From the NCBI RefSeq assembly GCF_000012905.2, contig NC_007493.2, forward strand, positions 3,120,001-3,152,000: a stretch of 32,000 nucleotides of DNA. The letters are read 5' to 3'. The stretch comes from Cereibacter sphaeroides 2.4.1 (lineage in GTDB: Bacteria > Pseudomonadota > Alphaproteobacteria > Rhodobacterales > Rhodobacteraceae). A program made the position numbers and the translations under genes. Positions 21,551 to 27,590 of this stretch are shown here, piece by piece. A model generated the notes under the pieces. That model was not told the origin of the DNA, ran no database searches, and was given only the letters and a program-made list of their open reading frames with translations. How positions within the stretch are numbered: position 1 is the stretch's first letter; every line of letters starts with the position of its first letter.

Positions 21551-22431
21551 TACGCATTCTCTCCTTCCTCCTCGCTCTGGGGATGGCCACGGGCGTTCAG
21601 GCCGAACCCAAGGCCAACAAGCTGTTCGGGGCGCAGACCGGCCCCTCGCGCCATGCGCCCATGCCGATCGGCAGCTACAACCGGGGCTGCGCGGCGGGGC
21701 TCGTGCAGATGCCCGAGAGCGGGCCGACGTGGCAGGTGATGCGCCTGTCGCGCAACCGGGCCTGGGGCCATCCCGAGATGATCGAGTTCCTGCAGGCGCT
21801 GTCCGTGGCGGCGCGGCAGATCGGCTGGGCGGGGCTCTATGTCGGCGACATCAGCCAGCCGCGCGGCGGGCCCATGACCTCGGGCCATGCCAGCCACCAG
21901 ATCGGCCTCGATGCGGATGTCTGGATGCTGCCGCCGCGGAGGCTCGACCTGACGGTGGCGGACCGCGAGCGGATCTCCTCGATCCCCGTCCGCTCGGCCG
22001 ACCAGCGCAGCGTCACCGCGAACTGGACGCGGGCGCACCACACGCTCCTGCGCTCGGCCGCCTCCGACGACCGCGTGGACCGGATCTTCGTGGCCGCTGC
22101 CGTGAAGCTCGAGATGTGCAAGACCGCGACCCGCGCCGACCGGGCCTGGCTGCAGAAGATCCGCCCGGTGCCGGGGCACGACACCCATTTCCACATCCGC
22201 CTGAAATGCCCGCGCGGCGCGGTGGCCTGCCAGACGCAGACGCCCACGGTGGCCGAGCTCTCGAAGGGCGGCGACGGCTGCGACGAGACCCTGACCTGGT
22301 GGGTGACGGACTATCTGAACCCGCCCAAGTCGCCGCCGAAGAAGCCGTCGGGCCCGCGGCCCAAGGGCGCGCGCGACTACACGCTTTCCGATCTTCCCGC
22401 CCAATGCCGCGAAGTCCTCGCCTCGCGCTGA
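21547..22431 (+). CDS. mepA: penicillin-insensitive murein endopeptidase MepA (peptidase M74), 294 aa
   Basis: Signal peptide MIRILSFLLALGMATGVQA. The motif GHASHQIGLDADVW and a later HFHIRL are present. Its ATG overlaps the MFS stop (ATGA at 21547-21550). Confidence 0.85.
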   Translation: MIRILSFLLALGMATGVQAEPKANKLFGAQTGPSRHAPMPIGSYNRGCAAGLVQMPESGPTWQVMRLSRNRAWGHPEMIEFLQALSVAARQIGWAGLYVGDISQPRGGPMTSGHASHQIGLDADVWMLPPRRLDLTVADRERISSIPVRSADQRSVTANWTRAHHTLLRSAASDDRVDRIFVAAAVKLEMCKTATRADRAWLQKIRPVPGHDTHFHIRLKCPRGAVACQTQTPTVAELSKGGDGCDETLTWWVTDYLNPPKSPPKKPSGPRPKGARDYTLSDLPAQCREVLASR

Positions 22432-23294
22432 TCGCGGGGCTCGTGCTGGGCCTTGCGCTCGGCGGCAGTGCGGACACACCGGGCGACGGGGTCACGCGCT
22501 TCGTCTGGACCGCCGAGGATCCTTTGTTCGGCGGGCTCTCGGCCCTCGAGATGTCGGAGGACGGCCGCTCGGTCACGGTTCTGTCGGACCGGGGGGCCTG
22601 GACGCGCGGACAAGTGATCCGCGACGCCGAGGGCCGGATCCTCGACATTCGGACCGAGCCGATGCGCCTTCTGCGCGGCCGCGGCGAGGAGCCTCTGGCG
22701 CGGCGGCGCAACGACAGCGAGGGGCTCGCCCTTGCGCGGGACGGCACTGCCTATGTCTCGTTCGAGGGCGCGGCCCGGGTGTTGCGCTACCGCGACCTGT
22801 CGGGCCCGGCCGAGAACCTGCCCGTGCATCCCGATTTCGCCCTGATGCAGAGGAACAGCGCGCTCGAAGCGCTGGCCATCGATGCCGGGGGCGCGATCTA
22901 CACCCTGCCCGAACGGTCGGGCAGCGCCACGCGGCCCTTCCCGGTCTATCGCTATCAGAACGGGGTCTGGACCCAGCCCTTCGCCGTGCCCCGCCGCGGC
23001 TCCTTTCTGATCGTCGGCGCGGATTTCGGCCCCGATGGCCGGCTCTATGTGCTCGAGCGGCGGTTCCGCGGCCTTCTGGGCTTTGCCAGCCGCGTGCGCC
23101 GCTTCACCCTCGGCCCCGAGGGGATTACCGCCGAAGAGACGGTGTTCGAGACCCGCTCGGGCCGGTTCGGCAATCTCGAGGGGATCTCGGTCTGGCGCGA
23201 TCCCGGCGGCGGCACGGTCCTGAGCCTCGTCGCCGACGACAATTTCCTGTTCCTGCTCCGGACCGAGCTGGTCGAGCTGCGCCTCCGCGATTGA
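22404..23294 (+). CDS. secreted 'esterase-like activity of phytase' family protein, 296 aa
   Basis: Signal peptide MPRSPRLALIAGLVLGLALGG and beta-propeller-like repeats (SEGLALARDGTAYVSFEG...). It overlaps the mepA 3' end by 28 nt. Confidence 0.65.
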   Translation: MPRSPRLALIAGLVLGLALGGSADTPGDGVTRFVWTAEDPLFGGLSALEMSEDGRSVTVLSDRGAWTRGQVIRDAEGRILDIRTEPMRLLRGRGEEPLARRRNDSEGLALARDGTAYVSFEGAARVLRYRDLSGPAENLPVHPDFALMQRNSALEALAIDAGGAIYTLPERSGSATRPFPVYRYQNGVWTQPFAVPRRGSFLIVGADFGPDGRLYVLERRFRGLLGFASRVRRFTLGPEGITAEETVFETRSGRFGNLEGISVWRDPGGGTVLSLVADDNFLFLLRTELVELRLRD

Positions 23295-23341
23295 CAGGCG
23301 GCCCCCTGCGGGAGTAGGCCGCGCTGTCCCCGGACGGGGGC

Positions 23342-23369
23342 CAAGTCTCCGCGACCTTGTCAAAACGGA
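23342..23369 (+). promoter_or_regulatory. candidate preQ1-I-like H-type pseudoknot in the yhhQ 5' UTR
   Basis: The elements in order are P1 CAAG/CUUG (23342-45 / 23356-59), L1 UC, P2 UCCG/CGGA (23348-51 / 23366-69), L2 CGAC and an A-rich L3 UCAAAA. P2b overlaps the probable SD (GGAA) 7 nt before ATG 23376. The stems are short, so this is weak. Confidence 0.3.
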
Positions 23370-23375
23370 AAAGAC

Positions 23376-24002
23376 ATGACCCGCAGCCTGATCCCCGCCA
23401 TTCTGGCGATGGCCGCCATCGTGGTGGCCTCGAACATCCTCGTTCAGTTCCTGTTCGGCCAGTGGCTGACCTGGGGCGCCTTCACCTATCCTCTGGCCTT
23501 CCTCGTGACCGACCTCACGAACCGCTTCCGGGGCGCCGCCGCCGCGCGCCGCGTGGTGCTGGCGGGCTTTGCCACCGGCATCGTCTGCTCGCTGATCGGC
23601 ACGCAGATCCAGGGCGAGTTCGGCCCGCTCGTCACGCTGCGCATCGCGCTGGGGTCGGGGCTTGCCTTCCTCGTGGCCCAGATGCTCGACGTGACCGTCT
23701 TCGACCGGATGCGCCATGCGCGCGGCTGGTGGCAGGCGCCGCTGATCTCGACGCTCGTGGGCTCCAGCCTCGATACGCTGATCTTCTTCGGCACCGCCTT
23801 TTCGGCGGCGCTCGTCTGGCTGGAACCTTCGAACGACGTGTCCTGGGCGAACGAGATCCTGCCGCTACTGGGCGCAGGGCCCGAGGCTCCGCTCTGGCTT
23901 TCGCTGGCCGTCGCGGACTGGTCCATCAAGCTTCTGCTCGCTTTGGTGGCACTCCTGCCGTTCCGCATCATTGTCAGGCGGATGACCGCAGACGTTGCGT
24001 AA
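23376..24002 (+). CDS. yhhQ: queuosine-precursor (preQ0/preQ1) transporter YhhQ (VUT/DUF165 family), 208 aa
   Basis: Characteristic N-terminal region SNILVQFLFGQWLTWGAFTYPLAFLVTDLTNR and a multi-TM profile. Confidence 0.85.
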   Translation: MTRSLIPAILAMAAIVVASNILVQFLFGQWLTWGAFTYPLAFLVTDLTNRFRGAAAARRVVLAGFATGIVCSLIGTQIQGEFGPLVTLRIALGSGLAFLVAQMLDVTVFDRMRHARGWWQAPLISTLVGSSLDTLIFFGTAFSAALVWLEPSNDVSWANEILPLLGAGPEAPLWLSLAVADWSIKLLLALVALLPFRIIVRRMTADVA

Positions 24003-24058
24003 TCATCATTTGACAAACACCAGATCTGTGCCACCTTTCCCCTTATCGGCAACCATTT

Positions 24059-24075
24059 GAAAGGAGGTGATCCAG
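24059..24075 (+). promoter_or_regulatory. extended Shine-Dalgarno: GAAAGGAGGTGATCCAG, a perfect complement of the 16S rRNA 3' terminus
   Basis: Read directly. AAGGAGGTGATCCAG equals the universal 16S 3'-end reverse-primer sequence. Confidence 0.5.
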
Positions 24076-24131
24076 TGTCTAGAGTGATATTGGAGAGACG
24101 TGTCGGGACAGCCATCGGGGGTGTTTTCTGA
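24075..24131 (+). CDS. hypothetical 18-codon leader ORF (V/M-SRVILERRVGTAIGGVF)
   Basis: The GTG lies 7 nt after the GGAGG core. Codons rare for a high-GC genome are used (AGA x2, ATA, TCT, TTG, GTT). The stop TGA is embedded in hairpin 24130-24143. Confidence 0.2.
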   Translation: MSRVILERRVGTAIGGVF

Positions 24132-24199
24132 GGGCAGCCCCTCTTTGAACGCACCGGTGGTTGGGCTAGCTCCTAACTGGCTCATCTCCTTGGATCTCG

Positions 24200-24233
24200 G
24201 AAAGGGTCGCCCCTCGTGGCGGCCCTTTCTCGT
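24200..24233 (+). terminator. terminator-like hairpin upstream of arfB
   Basis: 12-bp stem GAAAGGGTCGCC/GGCGGCCCTTTC (one G-U pair) with loop CCTCGT. The GC core is followed by TTTCT. A/T flanks on both sides make it look potentially bidirectional. Confidence 0.4.
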
Positions 24234-24234
24234 A

Positions 24235-24265
24235 GGGCGCGGCCCGTTGCGGAGGGCCGGCGCCC
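24235..24265 (+). promoter_or_regulatory. second strong hairpin 16 nt upstream of the arfB ATG
   Basis: The stem is GGGCGC+GGCCC / GGGCC(g)GCGCCC, 11 bp with a 1-nt bulge. arfB has no good SD of its own (ataggcccctttcATG). Confidence 0.3.
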
Positions 24266-24281
24266 GCGATAGGCCCCTTTC

Positions 24282-24707
24282 ATGCTGCGCATCACCGATC
24301 AGATCACGCTCGCCGACTGGGAACTGACCGAGAGCTTTTCGCGCTCGTCGGGGCCGGGGGGGCAGAACGTCAACAAGGTCGAGACGGCCGTCGAACTGCG
24401 CTTCGAGGCCGAGCGGTCGCCGCATCTGTCGCCCGCGGTCAAGGCGCGGCTGAAGCGGCTGGCGGGTCGGCGCTGGACGCAGGAGGGCGCCATCGTCATC
24501 CGGGCGGAAGAGACGCGCAGCCAGCAGCGCAACCGCGAGCTGGCGCGCGAGCGGCTGGCCGAGATGGTGCGCGCGGCGCTGGTCGCGCCGAAGCGGCGGA
24601 TCGCGACGAAACCCACGCTCGGCAGCCAGCGCCGCAGGCTCGCCGCCAAGTCGATCCGCAGCGACGTGAAGGCCGGGCGCGGCCGGGTGAGCGACGAGGA
24701 GAGCTGA
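24282..24707 (+). CDS. arfB: alternative ribosome-rescue factor ArfB (YaeJ; peptidyl-tRNA hydrolase with GGQ), 141 aa
   Basis: GGQ motif in SGPGGQNVNKVETAV, and a basic C-terminal tail KRRIATKPTLGSQRRRLAAKSIRSDVKAGR typical of ArfB. Confidence 0.9.
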   Translation: MLRITDQITLADWELTESFSRSSGPGGQNVNKVETAVELRFEAERSPHLSPAVKARLKRLAGRRWTQEGAIVIRAEETRSQQRNRELARERLAEMVRAALVAPKRRIATKPTLGSQRRRLAAKSIRSDVKAGRGRVSDEES

Positions 24708-24715
24708 GGCCCGTC

Positions 24716-26008
24716 TCAGACCTGCACTTCGTAGGCCACCTGATCGCCCACGCCGAAGACGCGCTTGTAGCGCGCGATCTCGTCGGCGGGACCCATCGCC
24801 TTCAGCGGATTGTCCGAGAGCTTCACCGTGGGCCGTCCGTCCGCCGCCACCGCCTTGCAGACGAGGCTGAAGGGGGCCAGCGCATCGTCCTTCACGAGGC
24901 CGCGGAAATCGTTGGTGAACATCGTCCCCCAGCCGAAGCTGACCTTCACCTGGCCGTGGAACTGGCGGTGCAGCTCCTCGATCTTCTCGACATCGAGCCC
25001 GTCCGAGAAGATCACGAGCTTGCGGCGCGGATCCTCGCCCCGGCTCTGCCACCAGCGGATCGCGGTCTCGGCGCCCTGGGCCGGGTCGCCCGAGTCGATG
25101 CGGATGCCCGTCCAGGTCGAGAGCCAGTCCGGCGCGCGGGCGAGGAAGCCTTCGGTGCCGTAGGTGTCGGGCAGGATGATGCGGAGGTTGCCGTCATGCT
25201 CCTCGTGCCAGTCGGCCAGCACCTGATAGGGCGCGCGGGCGAGGTCTTCGTCCGTCGTGGCCAGGGCGGAATAGACCATCGGCAGCTCGTGGGCATTGGT
25301 GCCGATGGCCTCGACCTCGCGCCGCATGGCGATCAGGCAGTTCGAGGTGCCGGTGAAGGCATCGCCCAGCCCCTCGATCATCGCCTGCACGCACCAGTCC
25401 TGCCAGAGGAAGGAATGCCGCCGCCGGGTGCCGAAATCCGCGATCTTCAGCCGCTCGATCCGCTTCAGCCGCTCGATCTTCTCCCAGAGCTTGGTCATGG
25501 CGCGGGCATAGAGCACCTGCAGCTCGAACCGCCCCATCGTGGCCAGCACCGCGCGCGAGCGCAGCTCCATCAGCACGGCCAATGCCGGGATCTCCCACAG
25601 CATGACCTCGGGCCACTTGCCCTCGAAGGTCAGCTCGTATTGCCCGTCGCGCTTCTCCAGATGGTAGGGGGGCATCCGCAGGTTTTCGAACCACTCCATG
25701 AAGTCGGGGCGGAACATCTGGCGCTTGCCGTAGAAGGTGTTGCCGCGCAGGAAGGTGCTCTCGCCGCGCGACAGGCTCAGCGTGCGGATATGGTCGAGCT
25801 GTTCGCGCAGCTCGCCCTCGTCGATCAGCTCGGCCAGCCGCACCGAGGAGGTGCGGTTGATGAGGCTGAAGCGCACCACCGTGTCCGGCCTGTTGCGGAA
25901 CACCGACTGGCACATCAGGAGCTTGTAGAAGTCGGTGTCGATCAGCGAGCGGACGATCGGATCGATCTTCCATTTGTGATTGTAGACGCGGGTGGCGATA
26001 TCGACCAT
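24716..26008 (-). CDS. pncB: nicotinate phosphoribosyltransferase PncB, 430 aa
   Basis: N-terminal LIDTDFYKLLMCQ, then ADFGTRRRHS and GTNAHELPMV motifs. It lies immediately downstream of pncA. Confidence 0.92.
   Translation of the reverse strand: MVDIATRVYNHKWKIDPIVRSLIDTDFYKLLMCQSVFRNRPDTVVRFSLINRTSSVRLAELIDEGELREQLDHIRTLSLSRGESTFLRGNTFYGKRQMFRPDFMEWFENLRMPPYHLEKRDGQYELTFEGKWPEVMLWEIPALAVLMELRSRAVLATMGRFELQVLYARAMTKLWEKIERLKRIERLKIADFGTRRRHSFLWQDWCVQAMIEGLGDAFTGTSNCLIAMRREVEAIGTNAHELPMVYSALATTDEDLARAPYQVLADWHEEHDGNLRIILPDTYGTEGFLARAPDWLSTWTGIRIDSGDPAQGAETAIRWWQSRGEDPRRKLVIFSDGLDVEKIEELHRQFHGQVKVSFGWGTMFTNDFRGLVKDDALAPFSLVCKAVAADGRPTVKLSDNPLKAMGPADEIARYKRVFGVGDQVAYEVQV
25445..25480. repeat. 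in-frame 18-bp tandem duplication inside pncB
   Basis: cttcagccgctcgatccg followed by cttcagccgctcgatctt, 16/18 identical. It encodes the repeated IERLK-R-IERLK. Confidence 0.8.
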
Positions 26009-26009
26009 G

Positions 26010-26615
26010 TCAGGGCTCCAGCGCGACGCCGGCCTCGGCCATCTGCGCCTTGATCGCGGCGAGCGATCCGTTGAGGTCGATGGCGGCCGAGGCGCCTTCC
26101 AGCACCGTCACCCGGAAGCCCAGCCGGGCCGCATCGAGCGCGGAATAGGCCACGCAGAAGTCGGTGGCGAGGCCCGCGAGCGTCACCGCCTCGATCCCGC
26201 GGCTGCGCAGGTAGCCCTCGAGGCCGGTGGGGGTGGTGCGGTCGTTCTCGAAGAAGGCCGAGTAGCTGTCGATGTCGCGACGGAAGCCCTTGCGGAGGAC
26301 GAGATCGGCCGGCGCCGTCTCGAGCGCGGGATGGAACTCGGCGCCGCGCGTGCCCTGCACGCAATGGGTGGGCCAGAGCACCTGCGGCCCGTAGGGCATC
26401 TCGATCAGAGAGAAAGGCACCGCCTCGTGGGTGGAAGCGAAGGAGGAATGGTCTGCCGGATGCCAGTCCTGCGTGAAGATGCGCGCGCCGAACTCGGGCA
26501 GGAGCGCGTTGATCCGGGGGATGATCGCGTCCCCTCCGGCGACGGCGAGCGCGCCGCCCGGGCAGAAGTCGTTCTGCACGTCGATGACGATCAGGGCTTC
26601 GGTCTGGGGACGCAT
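26010..26615 (-). CDS. pncA: nicotinamidase/pyrazinamidase PncA (isochorismatase fold), 201 aa
   Basis: ALIVIDVQNDFCPGGALAV, and catalytic Cys context LAGLATDFCVAYSALDA. The start is at MRPQTEAL. Its stop lies 1 nt before the pncB ATG. Confidence 0.88.
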   Translation of the reverse strand: MRPQTEALIVIDVQNDFCPGGALAVAGGDAIIPRINALLPEFGARIFTQDWHPADHSSFASTHEAVPFSLIEMPYGPQVLWPTHCVQGTRGAEFHPALETAPADLVLRKGFRRDIDSYSAFFENDRTTPTGLEGYLRSRGIEAVTLAGLATDFCVAYSALDAARLGFRVTVLEGASAAIDLNGSLAAIKAQMAEAGVALEP

Positions 26616-26807
26616 CCCTGCCTCCGTTAACACTTCTTTCGCCAAGGGCTAAGGAGTGCGCGCCCCGAGGTCAATGGAGGCCGCACCGCAGCAGCCTTGA
26701 CGCCCGCCGCGGCCTCGGGCGACAAGATGCGGCAACGGCGCCCCGCGCGGGCGTCCTCTGGCCCGGGCCCTTGCTCCGCGGCCGCTCCCCCGACCGGAGG
26801 TTTCCCC

Positions 26808-27590
26808 ATGACAGACACACCCGCCGCCCATCCCGTCTTCCCCGACCTGAAGGGGGCGTCGGTCTTCCTCAGCGGCGGCGGTTCGGGCATCGGGGCTGCG
26901 CTGACCGAGGGCTTCCTGCGGCAGGGCGCGCAGGTGGCCTTCGTCCAGCGCTCCGACGCCACCGCCTTCTGCGACCGGATGGAGGCCGAGACCGGCGCGC
27001 GACCGCTGTTCCTGCCCTGCGACGTGACCGACATTCCGGCGCTGCGGCAGGCGCTCGCCGAGGTGGCCGAGCGGCAGGGGCCGATCCAGGTTCTCGTGAA
27101 TGCTGCCGCCCACGACGACCGTCACACCACGGCCGAGGTGACGGAGGACTACTGGGACCGCGCACAGGCGGTGAACCTCAAGCATTACTTCTTCGCCGCG
27201 CAGGCCGTCATTCCCGGGATGAAGGCTGCGGGCGGCGGCTCGATCATCAACTTCTCCTCGATCTCCTACATGATGGGCAATGCGGGCTATCCGGCCTACA
27301 CGACCGCCAATTCGGGCATCAACGGCCTGACCCGCAGCCTCGCGCGCGAGTTCGGGCCCGACCGGATCCGGGTCAATGCGCTGGCGCCGGGCTGGGTGCT
27401 GACCGAGCGGCAGAAGGATCTCTGGGTGACCGAGGACGGGCTGCAGGCCCATCTCGACCGCCAGTGCCTGAAGGAGGCGCTGGTGCCCGCCGATATCGTG
27501 GGGGGCGTGCTGTTCCTCGCGTCGGAGGCCTCGCGGATGATGACGGGGCAGGCGCTGGTGATCGACGGCGGCGTGGTGGTAACGGGATGA
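26808..27590 (+). CDS. SDR-family NAD(P)-dependent oxidoreductase (probable sugar or sugar-acid dehydrogenase), 260 aa
   Basis: GGAGG SD before ATG 26808. Cofactor motif SGGGSGIGAA, NAAA, and catalytic Y..xxxK context (YPAYTTANSG). Its stop overlaps the dgoK start (ATGA). Confidence 0.8.
   Translation: MTDTPAAHPVFPDLKGASVFLSGGGSGIGAALTEGFLRQGAQVAFVQRSDATAFCDRMEAETGARPLFLPCDVTDIPALRQALAEVAERQGPIQVLVNAAAHDDRHTTAEVTEDYWDRAQAVNLKHYFFAAQAVIPGMKAAGGGSIINFSSISYMMGNAGYPAYTTANSGINGLTRSLAREFGPDRIRVNALAPGWVLTERQKDLWVTEDGLQAHLDRQCLKEALVPADIVGGVLFLASEASRMMTGQALVIDGGVVVTG

Larger units (their letters stand above)
24031..24265 (+). ncRNA. structured low-GC leader or candidate cis-regulatory RNA between yhhQ and arfB
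   Basis: About 52% GC by my count over 24001-24200, against about 68% in the flanks. It contains the super-SD, the uORF, an internal anti-SD mimic and at least four hairpins. Transcription and strand are not proven. Confidence 0.35.

Noticed and set aside
24010-24015. A perfect TTGACA -35 hexamer at the start of the yhhQ-arfB spacer (and another at 23291-23296).
   Set aside because: I found no acceptable -10 hexamer 16-18 nt downstream of either one (ACCTTT / GTAGGC). I therefore do not call promoters. They are mentioned only as context.
24059-24075. Possibility that the 16S-identical 17-mer (minus strand CTGGATCACCTCCTTTC) is a fragment of an rRNA operon or a pseudo-rRNA.
   Set aside because: The identity stops abruptly. 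The upstream minus-strand flank (tctagaca) does not resemble helix 45 (...AACCTGCGG). Nothing rRNA- or ITS-like, and no tRNA, is nearby.
24100-24327. A 75-aa GTG-initiated plus-strand ORF bridging the spacer and the arfB start.
   Set aside because: It has no SD and overlaps the well-supported arfB frame. It runs through the strong hairpins, and its product is Pro/Arg/Ser/Gly-rich.
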